NCBI RefSeq assembly: GCF_009914755.1
Contig: NC_060928.1
DNA from: the human T2T-CHM13v2.0 reference genome, Homo sapiens
Reading direction: 5' to 3' (one strand)
Length of the DNA: 64,000 nucleotides
This document shows, one piece after another, positions 13,782 through 27,000 of the stretch (positions within the stretch are counted from its first letter, which is position 1; every line of letters starts with the position of its first letter). Under the pieces are notes generated by a model. The model was not told where the DNA came from. It was given only the letters and a program-made list of their open reading frames with translations, and ran no database searches. The position numbers were made by a program, and so were the translations under genes.

Positions 13782-13929
13782 AAATATTTCTTGTGCTCCA
13801 TTTTCTCTCTCTTCTCCTTCAGAAACTGTGATAAGACATGTGTTTTAATACAAAATCGCCAATAATTCAAGGCCAATTATTCTATCTACCGTAGCTATTT
13901 ACTTAAGGTACAATATATGGCCATCCCTT

Positions 13930-14080
13930 AATCTTTCCATATTTTAATGTCTTTGTCTATAAAAGAGAAAAATGCTATATCTATCTCATATATATCTCAT
14001 AATGAAAATTAAATGAAATAATGTATTTAAAGCACTTAACCTACAGTCCACGCCAAGATACATGGGTATTTAAAAAATTA
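13930..14080 (+). mobile_element. MIR 3' fragment
   Basis: attaaatgaaataatgtatttaaagcacttaac matches the MIR 3' motif. Confidence 0.6.
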
Positions 14081-14099
14081 ATGTCACACATTATTGGTC

Positions 14100-14430
14100 T
14101 ATGGCTGAATCAGTAGTGTCAGTAAATAATGTTCTCTGGTCAGAAAAAGCCCCTATAAGAAGCGATAATGTGTGTAGAAACCTGAGGGAAGTGTGCCATA
14201 AGGCCATATAGAGATCTGTGGAGACATGTTCCAGATGAGGGAAGAGAGGTACAAGGACCCTGAAGTGAGGATAGTCTTGGTGGGTTTGATGCAAAGCAAG
14301 GAGGTCTCTGTGTCATGAGGAAAATGAGCAACAGGAAAGAGGGTTGGAGATGAAGATGGAGAGGTAGGTAGGGGTCTTACAGGTCACAGTAAGGAGTTTG
14401 GATTTTATATTTGAGGAAAGCCACAGAAAG
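14100..14430 (-). mobile_element. L2 fragment
   Basis: gttccagatgagggaagagaggtacaaggaccctgaag and gtaaggagtttggattttat are typical L2a antisense text. Confidence 0.7.
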
Positions 14431-14475
14431 TGCCCATTAATCATATCATGTCCTTCCATAATTAAAAATCTTCTT

Positions 14476-14760
<285 letters not shown>

Positions 14761-14807
14761 TCTTCAATTGTTATTCATGTTTTTTGAATATTCTCCACAC
14801 CACTTAG

Positions 14808-15229
<422 letters not shown>

Positions 15230-16238
15230 TTAAAACATATCTCTTTTTAGGCACAAAACCTTTGTATATGCAATTCCTGCTGCCTAAAATTACTTTTAAT
15301 TTACCCTTTGCTTGGCTAACTCCTCAAATCAGGTCTCTACATGTCACTTTCTTTCCTGCTTCCCTGATTCCCTCTCTTGGTTATCTTGTAATAATTATAT
15401 ATTTATTAGTGATATTATTTGTTTAATGTGCATTCCTCTCCCTCAAATGGCATGTAGACTCCATTAGAGATGGGTGGCTTTTGTTTTCTTCTCTACATAA
15501 TTTCTGTTATTTTGAGCAGCATCTGTCATCTGTCACATTTTTAGACATCTAATAAATAAATGCATAATTGGATTACTGACTAGCTGTTAAGTGATGTAAC
15601 CTTCAGTATACAACTATTCACTGGTGAACCTGGAAGCCAGTCACAGCTCCTATTATCTCCAATACCATTGTTCTTACTGCTAACAAATTAGCTTTTATTT
15701 ATGCACAAATAAAAATATTGAGAAATATTTTAAACTCTTTTTAACTTGCACTCCTCCTAGTAACATGCATTGGAGATATAAATTTTCATTTATATAATTT
15801 TCTCTTGAGGAGTAGATTCTGGTTTCTTCCTTCTACTTTAATGCATTTCCTATATTAATCAAAATCCATTCATTTTTCTGCCTTTTCTGCTATTTCTGGA
15901 ATGTATTGAATTACATTTTGGTATTTATTGTTTGACTAAATAACTAACTTTTAATGAGTTCATTAAGATTGATATGCTAATCTACAGGGTCTTCTGAAAT
16001 AGAAGAAAACCTGAATTTACCCTTTAAGAGAGAGATTTTTTTTTGAAGGCTATCACTTACAAATTATTATTATTATTGTTCTTTCCAGCAAAGACATAAA
16101 CCTATGTGGAGATTTACACATCATTTTTGGCTGAAACTCCTTACTAGGAATTGTGTCCTTGGATATTTTTCCATTTTTCTTGGACCAAATCAAGCAGAAA
16201 TAACTTTTTCTATATTGTGGTAATTTGGCTATAGGTAG

Positions 16239-18690
16239 TGTATTAGTCTGTTCTTACATTGCTATAAGGAAATACCTGAGACTGGGTAATTTATAAAGAT
16301 AAGAGGTTTAATTGGCTCATGGTTCTTCAGGCTGTACAGGAAGCATAGTGGCTCCTGCTTCTAGGGAGGCCTCAGGAAGCTTCTAATCATGGTAGATGGC
16401 AAAGGGGGAGTGAGACATCTCACATTGTGGGAGGAGGAGCAAGAGAAAGCAATGGGGGAAGTGCCATACACTTTTAAACAATGAGATCTCATGAGAACTC
16501 ACCCACTATCACAAGAACAGCACCAAAGAGCTGGTGCTAAACCATTCATGAGAAATTTCCCCCATGATCCAATCACATCCCACCAGGCCCCCCCTCCAAC
16601 ACTGGGAATCACAGTTGAACATGCGATTTGAGTGGGGACACAGATATAAATCATATCATTCTGTCTCTGGTTCTTCCCAAATCTCAAGTTCTTCTCACAC
16701 TGCAAAATACAATCATACCTTCCCAATAATCCACAGCATGTTAACTCATTCCACCATTAACTCAAAAGCCCCAAATCCAAAGTTATCTGAGACAAGGAAA
16801 TTGCTTCCACCTATGAGCCTGTAAAATAAAAAACAATTTAGTTACTTCTAAGATATGATGGGGGTATTGGCACTGGGTAAATACTCCCATTACAAAAGAG
16901 AAATAAGCCAAAAGAAAGGGGCTACAGGCCTCATGAAAATCCACAACCCAACAGGGCAGTCATTAAATCTTAAAGCTCCAAAATAATCTCCTTTTGACTC
17001 CATGTTTCACATGCGGGCACACTGATGCAAGGGGTGGGCTCCCAAGGCCTTGTGCCGCACTGCTTCTGCAGCTTTGCAGGGTTTAGCCCCCATGGCTACT
17101 CTCATGGACCGGCATTGAGTACCTGTGGCTTTTCCAGGCACAGGGTATAAACTGTTGGTGGATCTATAATTCTGGAGTCTGGAGGATGATGCCCCTCTTC
17201 TATCTAACAGCTTCACTAGGCAATGCCCCGGTGGGGAATCTGTGTGGAAGCTCCAACCCATATTTTCCATCTGCACTGCCCTAGTAGAGTTTCTCCCTAA
17301 GGGCTTTACCCCTGAAGCAGACATCTGCCTGGACACCCACGCTTTTCCATACATCTTCTGAAATCTAGGCAGAGGCTCCCAAGCCTTAACTCTTGTACTC
17401 TGTGCACCTGCAGACTTAACACCATCTGGAAGCTGCCAAGGCTTATGGCTTGCAGCCTCTAAAGCAGCTGCCTGAGCTGTACCTGGGCCCCTTTGAGCCT
17501 GGCTAGAGTTGAGTGGCTGGAATGTAAGCACCAATGTCCTGAGGCTGTGCAGGGCAGTGGGGCCCCAGGCCTGGCCCATGAAACCATTCAGTCATCCTAG
17601 GCCTCTGCCCCTATGATGGGAGGGGCTGCTGTGAAAGTCTTTAAAATGCCTTCAAGGCCTTTTTCCCATTGTCTTGGCTATTAGCACTTGGCTCCCTTTT
17701 ACTTATGTAAATTTCTGCAGACTGCTTGAATTTCTCCCCTGAAAGTGGGCTTTTATTTCTACTACATGGCCAGGCTGCAAGTTTCCCAAACTTTTACACT
17801 GTGCTTCCCTTTTAAATACAAGTTTCAACTTTAGGTCATTTCTTTGCTCACATATATGAGCATAGGTTGTTAGAAGCAGCCACAATACATCTTGAATGCT
17901 TTGTTTCTTAGACATTTCTTCTGCCAGATAGCTAAATCATTACTGTCAAGTTAAAAGTTCCACAGGTCCCTGGGAAGGGGCACAATGCAGCCAAGTTCTT
18001 TGCTAAGGCATAACAAAAGTGACCTTTGCTCTAGTTCCCAATAAGTTTCTCATCTCCATGAGACATTCTCTGCTGGCACAGTTCATATCACTATCAGCAT
18101 TTTGGTAAAAACCATTCAACCAGTCTCTAGGAAGTTCCAAACTTTCCCTTATCTTCCTGCCTTCTGAGCTCTCCACACTCTTCCAGCTTTTGCCTATTAC
18201 CCAGTTCCAAAGTTGCTTCCACATTTTCAGGTACCTTTATAGCAATACCCCACTCTTGGTACCAATTTTCTGTATTAGTCCATTCTCACATCGCTATAAA
18301 GAACTACCCGAGACTGGGTAATTTATAGAGAAAAGAGGTATAATTGGCTCATGGTTCTGCAGGCTGTACTAGAAGCATAGTGGCTTCTGCTTCTGGGAAG
18401 TCCTCAGGAAGTTTCCAATCATGGCAGAAGGCAGAGGGGGAGCAAGGTGTGTCACATGGTGGGAGCAGGAGCAAGAGAGAGTAAGCGTGGAGGTGCCACA
18501 CACTTTTAAACAACTAGATCTCATAAGAACTCACCCCCTATCACAAGAACAGTATCAAGGAGCTGGTGCTATACCATTCATAAGAAACCACCACCATGAT
18601 TCAACCACCTCCCACCAGGCCCCACCTCCAACACTAGGAATCATAGTTGAACATGAGATTTGGTTGGGAACACAGATCCAAACCATATCA
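16239..18690 (-). mobile_element. Complete MSTA MaLR provirus (LTR-internal-LTR)
   Basis: Two 420-bp direct LTRs (16239-16658, 18271-18690) flank a 1.6-kb internal region; TSD ggtag/cgtag; internal ORF remnants such as 17007-17579. Confidence 0.95.
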
Positions 18691-18985
18691 CGTAGCAATA
18701 TAGCAGCTTACTTGTTTAGTTCAAATGCAAATATTATTTCTAATTAGTTTTTCCTTTTTGGTAATAGTTTTTTTAAGAAGCAGAAACTTACAATCATTTG
18801 TTAGTTTATAAGAGGCTCAAAAAAAATCAAATTTCAGTTATCTGTTCAATCACTAGACTTACATAGACCTATCTTATGAATACATACATATACAGCAAGG
18901 TCTCTAACTTTTTTATATATACTTATTCAAAACATTTCCCAACAGACTAAGTTTTGTTGGCTGGATCAGCTCCTAGGATCTCTGA

Positions 18986-19308
<323 letters not shown>

Positions 19309-19329
19309 AGAAAAATTTTTTTAAAAAAG

Positions 19330-20620
19330 CCTAAGTTGATCTATGTAATAAACAGGAAAGGTTGAGGAGAAGGTCTTGAGATCTGTTTTTGGCAGTTGGT
19401 TGTTGATAGTAAAAGATTAGGAGAACAATTGCAAAGTATGTATAAAATATTAAGAAAAGCAAAAATGGGGCAGAGATTTTTGAAGGATTTCTGTGTAAAA
19501 AGAATACAATATTAAAGAAATAAAGCATTTTAAAATTTTTGTTGCTGGACTGTGTTTCCAGCAAGATGATATGTATTGAGACACCATATGATGCCCTAGG
19601 TTTATTTGGGTAACACATGTGTAAGCTTGGACAAGATGATTGCTAAAATTGTTTCTTCTTCTAAAGTCCCATGGAAGTGTGATGATCTTTAGATACACAT
19701 CTTGGTGCCTCAAACTTGCTTACTCATTGCTATTCAAGTATAGGAATCCATACTGTGTTAGCATTAGTAATGACATTTTATTTTTATATCTGAGGTGAAT
19801 GTGCTGTTAGCTCATTGGCATGGGCTCCTATTATATCTTCTTCCAGGTTTCAGTAATGGCTTCATATTTCCAAGATCCTAAACTGGGCTTTAGTTAGGTT
19901 TATGTCAAAATTTGTCAATTCTGGCTGGCTTTGATTATATATCAGACGCAATTTAATTACATAATCTGGGATAAACTCATGGAAGGAGTGGTTAAATAGG
20001 CAGTATGACAGAACTGCTCAGAAATGGCCTCTTTCTGTGTTGATATAAGAATGTAAGGGCTGAGCAGTGGTTAAATGTGGGCATGCACGTAGGTGAATTG
20101 CGGTGGTAGTGGTGGTGAGGTTGCACAGATTGTAGAAAGCAGTGGGGTTCCTATTTGGCTTGTCCACCATACACAGTGAGAAACCCTCAGACTGCCTCTG
20201 GCTTACCATGAACCAGGTCTGTCTTTAAGGCCACACTTTTGACATCTGGTCTCTACGGAGTCAGCTCTGCTACTGGAATTTTGCTTGATAGGATTGGAAT
20301 AGATGGGAAGCCTAAGAGGCTTCTGCATCTGGTCTCTATGGAGTCAGCTCTGCTACTGGAATTTTGCTTGATAGGATTGAAATAGATGGGAGGCCTAAGA
20401 CTCTTATTGGCCTATTTAACTTAAAGATTGCAATTGTAGTGGTTGTGGAGTTGCGCTTGGTGTTGTAGCATCTGATCACCATTTCATTAGTGTTGATAGG
20501 CAATTGCTGAAGCATCCTGATTTCCCGAGTCAGCACCACGGTAAACTTTTAAATTCAGTATTTCCAAGAGCAAACTTCTAACTCCTGATGTTCCAGACTT
20601 CTCAATGATTTTGAAAGCAT
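19330..20620 (-). mobile_element. Possible ancient non-L1 LINE 5' half (gag-like ORF1 end plus APE start)
   Basis: Hand translation gives ordered degenerate motifs RCQKCGLK, EPHCF..H..NSPTC, a stop, an ATG 11 nt later, IM*LNC, AITETW, RASYGVSIHI and YYQQP; many stops and frameshifts. Confidence 0.35.
20243..20400. repeat. 75-bp tandem duplication with 8-nt spacer
   Basis: 20243-20317 versus 20326-20400 differ by 3 transitions; spacer ggcttctg. Confidence 0.97.
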
Positions 20621-21800
20621 CTTATTCCCTAAATTAAATATTTTACAGATTAAAATAGCTAGAACATTTTTTGTTTCTTGGGTTGAAACTTCACAGATAC
20701 AATACTTAATAATAGAAGTAGGATAGTGGCAATAAATTTAAAATAGGAAATTGGGATCAGTTATCTGACCTTGTTGGATTTGAATGCAGTTACAATTTGG
20801 CTACCATTAGAAAAGGAGACACTGATACTTCACAGCATGTAGTGGCCAGTTACTTAAAGTATCACTTGTGATATCTTGAGCCAGGTGCTCTATTAAATGT
20901 GTGTTTTGTCAGATCAAATGGCTATTATTCTGTTAGACCATTATGGTAGTAAATGAAAAATTCAAGGTGAGGTATGGTAACTGCTTCAGGGTGTGCTGGA
21001 TAATTTAAGGACAACAATGACAAATTCAAGATACTGGGTCCAGGGGGCTTCTTGCTCTAAATGAATCCCTTCTTTTGTAGTCAAAAGTATAATGTAGCTG
21101 AAAAAAGGAGTCTGTGGGTTCCAAAATAAGATGAATTCACAATCTCTCCAGGTCTCTTATAAGAATATACAATATTGTTAGGGAAAAGTAGGACCTGAGA
21201 ATTGAAATGTGGCCATTCGGGTGGATTTGGAATGAATCTGAATACCCTGACCCATCAAATCACTCTATCAGTGCCAGTCAATCCTTACCTGTCTCATGAG
21301 GTTAGTGGTGCCTCATCCAAGGGAGTTGGCTCATAAAGCATTGGCCATTCTCCCACACACTACCGTGGTCACCCTTGGGGCCTCTTTATACCTACAAATA
21401 CCAACATGCCCTAGAGAGATTAGTACAGATATGACCAGGAATGAGATATTTATATAACACAATCATTCCCAGATTTAGCTAGTTTATATCAGTAGAAATC
21501 TAAAGACTATGCATGAATGTAGAATATAATGATGCTACACCAGAAAGGAAGGAACATAATTTTCAGGCTCATTTCATTGCTATGGGCACACTTACTCGAA
21601 ATTCTGAATTCAATACAAGTTTAGGAAGTTGAAGCTTGTTCTAACCATGTGCCAGTTAGTTGGTTTAAAAACCCGAATGAGCCCCTAAACTAAATGAAAT
21701 CAAGATGCCAGAAATTCCCTGGTAAAATATTGATGAAGGAATCCAAAGATTTAGAAGTAGATTTATAATGTCTGACCCACTTGCCCACTTCATAGCTATA

Positions 21801-22126
21801 CAGTTGTCTGTCCATATCCTTGAATTCCACATTTGTGAATTCAACCAACCACAGATCAAAAATATTTTGAAAAGAATGACAATACAACAATACAAATTAA
21901 TACAAATAAAAATACAGTGTAACAACTATTTTTATAAGCATTTACATTGCGTTAGGTATTATAAGTAATCCGGAGATGATTTAAAGTATATGAGAGAATG
22001 TGCATGGATTATATATGCAAATACTACACTGTCTTATATAAGAGACTTGAGCATCCTCAGATTCTAGTATCCTGGGGAGCTCCTGGAACCAATCTCCCTT
22101 GGATACTGAGGGATGAGGGACAATTT
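21801..22126 (+). mobile_element. MER2B/MER2 (TcMar-Tigger MITE)
   Basis: TA-flanked; contains ttcaaccaaccacagatcaaaaatatt and ttaggtattataagtaatccggagatgatttaaagtata. Confidence 0.9.
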
Positions 22127-22556
22127 TATGTCCTAAAAGGGCCCAGACTATAATAAGTTTACCAAGAAATTGGAAAGTTATGGTGAGGGTACATCATTGT
22201 AGTGATTGTTGTCCTGTAGAGGCCAGGAAGTGAGATGCTGTCATGGAAATAGTCCATGTGATTTCAGTGGGAATGCATGATGAAAGCAGGGTGGTAAAGG
22301 CCGTGAGACAGTGTGGTTACCACAATAAGCAGCAGGCTTGGAGTAGTTAATGGGATGGTTTCATCGGCAGGCATCTTTGGCATTAGTTAATTGATCCTGA
22401 TACGTCCAGTATTGGGATAGATAAACCCCATATTAAAGTCCAGCTTGATTTGTAGGACTATGTTCACCATAGTATACAATAATTGAAAGTCATGGCTGTT
22501 CACTTATTTCCTTGCCTGAAACAATCTGCACTGAGCCAATTTATCCAGAACCTCCT

Positions 22557-22934
22557 TGTGTTAGTCTGTTCTCACACTGCTATGAAGAAATACTTGAGAC
22601 TGGGTAATTTGTAAAGAAAAAAGGTTTAATTGACTTATATTCTGCATGGCTTGGGAGGCCTCAGGGAACTTAACAATCATGGCAGAAGGCAAAGGAGAAG
22701 CAGGCACAGGGCAGCAGGATGGAGTGAGTGCAAGCAGGGGGAATGCTAGACGCTTACAAAACCATTAGGTCTCCTGAAGACTCACTCACTATCATTGAGA
22801 ACAGCATGGGGGAACCACCCCTATTATCCAATTACCTCCATCTTGTCCCGCCCTTGACACATGGGTATTATAGGGATTATGGGGATTACAATTCAAGATG
22901 AGATTTTGGGTGGGGACACAGCCAAACCATATCA
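22557..22934 (-). mobile_element. THE1D-like solo LTR
   Basis: Runs tgtgttagtctgttctcacactgc...cagccaaaccatatca; exact TSD ctcct at 22552-22556 and 22935-22939. Confidence 0.93.
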
Positions 22935-23335
22935 CTCCTTGAATGAAAAGTGGGTGAGATATTCTTGAGGAAAATTCCTTGACTGATTGTTTTGCATATA
23001 CAAAATTGTTTGTTTATTGTCTTTATCCTTGAATGACTTTTGGGTAAAAAAAATCATGGGGTTATTTTCTTTCCTTGAAAATTTTCTGGAAGTAGCTACC
23101 CTATCTTCCCGATGTAATATACTTACATCTACACTATCTTCCACTGCAAACAAGCTTCATTATCTTTTAGCCTTATCTTGCTTTTGAGAAATACTCCAGA
23201 TTGACATTTTCTCCTTATAAGTTCCTTAATATTTTTGCCTGGCTTTCCAATGCCTACTTTCTTTCTAGTTTAATTTTTTACTAGGAGCTGTTTACTTGTT
23301 GACAGTTATGGGTCCATTTTTCTTGGGGTGCATAA

Positions 23336-24083
<748 letters not shown>

Positions 24084-27000
24084 CATCATTTCCTTTTCTA
24101 ATCCTTTTCATCTTTTTATTTCCATTTTTGCTTGCTCTTTTTCTTTTTATCCTTTATGTACTTTGGCAGTGGCCATTTTCTCTCATACACCTTTTTATTT
24201 CAGCTTCATTTCTATGATAATCTTATTTTTCCTTCTATCCCTTCCCTGACCTATAAGTTCATATTTTATCTCCTCCAAGAGTCCTAATTTTTTCTTGAGT
24301 TCTTGCATCTTGTATGTACAGCTTTATGTTTTAGTGTCACAGAAACAATTACCTCATTGAGATTTTTAATTTAATGGCAAAAGCGTGTAGTCACTCTATT
24401 TGTCTTCGCAGTGGCAACACTTTTCTTGAGACTAATCTGGGTCTGTCATTTGTATTTCCTGTTCCTTGACTCCTTTTATGTGTAATACCTTTGATTTGAT
24501 ATTGTGTATGTTCTTTCTTGATAAACTATTTTTGGATAAGGTGAGTTTTTCTGCAATTTGTAGGAGGCTCACTTGAGGGGAGGGGTCAGTGCTGGTTTCA
24601 GAAAAATTAAAATTTTTATATAACTCAGGCTTTTGTGTATAACTTGGCTAGCCTTTACTTTTCCTATGGATATTGACAGCCATTTTGGGAGGTTCTTGTT
24701 TATGCTACCTTACAGTGCAAAGTTTTATTTTTTTCCTCTCTTCATGATCCCTGAAAATATGGCTTGTGTGGCTTCTCACTGATGCTTTTCTCCTTTTTTT
24801 CTTGGAATCAAACCATGCACAGGGACGTTCCTGAGACTAGACAGAACATACTCTTCCAACTCTTGCAGATAAAGGGATTTAACTGAGGTTTTGCACAGGG
24901 TGTGTTCCTTACCTCTGAAAAGCAGAAGTCACTTTGGCAGCTCTTTCTGTAGCCTCAAAGTCCTTTCATCACTTTATCCCTCACCTTCCCTTGTTGCACT
25001 CCCGTGCTTTTGGGGATCCTTTTACATATTTTGTGATGGACTTTAACTATCTCCTAGTGATACTGAAAATGGAATTTGTAATTTGGGTTTTGTTCTCTGA
25101 AACTCAGTTTTATGTCCTAGCTTAATTCAACTAGGAATCATTAAGCATTGGCTATTTCCAGCTACTACACATTAGGGGCTCTAGAGACAAATTTGTTTTT
25201 GAGGACTTAATATAGTGGAGCATGAAAAATAAGCAATGATGACCAACATTCCCCTCCCCCACCAAGCCAAAAAAACCCCAAATACCAAAAGGGGCAGAAT
25301 ATGCTAAATGTCAAAGCAGAGGTTGAAGGTGGTGGCTGAGAACAAACCTGAGTGGTTAGGAAAGGGTGGCAGTTAATGGCACCTAGAGATTAGCAAAATA
25401 CTCTTCAGATGGGAGGCGCTCAATCAGTGTTTAGGGGATCTAGAAGAAGATTTGTTTTCAACTGAGAGAAATGAGATTCATAATATTCTCACTTTAAGTG
25501 TAATTTTAGGAGGAAATTCTACCCACAACTTTGAAATATTCTGGTGTATGTAATGATTGCTTTCTTTCTTCAGTTAGATCTATTTCCAGAACAAGGTTGC
25601 CACCTCTTACCTTATATTCTATTTCTTAACCTTGGTGCCTTTGAGATAGACTTTGGAGAGTGGGTCTAATGTTGACAGATGGATAGAGAGGGGATAGATT
25701 CTATGAAAGACAAAGGATGAGGCCAAAACCACATGCATGGGAAATCAGAGCATCTCTGGGCATTATAGGAAAAAAGAATTTTGTACAGGGCTACATTATT
25801 AAAGGCCTGAGATGTTAATCCAAAACATCATTTAGTTTTCTGACTAAGAAATTGTGTTTCAAATAGTATCAAAGAAAACTAGATGAATTTCCCATCAAAT
25901 TCTCTATTTTCTTTTTCTATCTCGAAAGATAACAAGATGCTAATTATCTCAATCTAGTCTTCAAAAAATTAACAATGCAAAGTTTAGTTTTATAAAGTGC
26001 TTATTCTCTAATAAATAGAAGTGGAATAATTAGTCATTAATTATTGGTAATACATGTTATTTATTCTCTTATTCTTTTAGTTTTAACCAACTATCATTGA
26101 TTGAAAACATTATTTGATTCATGTTACTGTAATAAGCTTTAACATACTTCTGTTCCTTCCCCATGCCCTCTTCCCCTGCCCTCCTCTCTACCTCACTTAT
26201 CTCCTCTTTTCTATTCTCAATCAACTAATTATTCGTGGGAGCATGTACTAGGGGCAACATTACTTTTTTTTTTTTTAATGAAGTATCTAGGTCTTCACCA
26301 TTTTCGACACAATGCTATATTTTTCGTACCATATGTTTTTTGAAATGCTTATAATGCTCTCTTTTGGTGAAGAGGATTTGTTTGTGGATGTCATAAAGTC
26401 AAACACTACTCGTGTCTCATGATAGTAATCACCACCAATACCACCGTAATAGTAGTAATCTTTGGGTTGAATGGGCCAATCAAATTTATAATCTGCTATA
26501 CTTGTCTTCTGATCTTCACTAGCGTGGCTTTTGTGTGCTCATGGAAAAAACAGGGAATAAAAGCTTGGTAGTTTACACGCTGTTAAAATTAAGAAAACAC
26601 GATTTAGTATTAAAAGAGGTAATGATTTAATTTTGGAGTTGCTGAGTTGAGCTCTGGTGGTCTGGGAAGCTCGGGGGAAAATTTAGATATTGCAGTAACA
26701 GATTTGGGTTGGAATATTTTGTGACTGCAATAGCAGATGCACTTATAGAAGGCTTTACAAATCCAAATGTTGCTTCATATGACCTTGGGACATGATGGAT
26801 TTCCCAAGGCTCCAGATTTGACAATAAGTTTTCTGTTTAGCCAAAACATGAAAATTCTTCTTCTTCACACGTTATTTAAAGAAAAGTGCTTAAAATTACA
26901 TGGTATTTAAAATTTACTTAGTTGTAAAACCTATTAATAGAATATAAATATATGGTTTTTAAATCAGTACAATTGATTTGCAGGCTTAGGTAGCTTAGAT

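Larger units (their letters stand above)
11535..13845 (-). mobile_element. Old L1M ORF1 fragment interrupted by a MaLR LTR and an SVA
   Basis: Minus-strand translation near 12174-12310 is QEIFEDIMLKNFPKFMKHHKPQIQESQIPSSR (L1 ORF1 RRM-like); the sequence resumes after the SVA TSD. Confidence 0.8.
20705..22980 (+). mobile_element. ERVL-class internal region (gag relic; ERV3-16A3/HERV16/ERVL-E-like)
   Basis: Degenerate KMNSQSLQVSY..LLGK near 21128-21190, FIAMGTLTRNSEFN near 21572, and LNEIKMPEIPW..IDEGIQRFR near 21690 match recalled ERVL gag motifs. Confidence 0.8.

Noticed and set aside
20000-20540. GT-skewed strand suggesting a NUMT or bornavirus-like insert
   Set aside because: Translations match no mitochondrial or EBLN protein that I can recall, and no poly(A)/TSD is seen.
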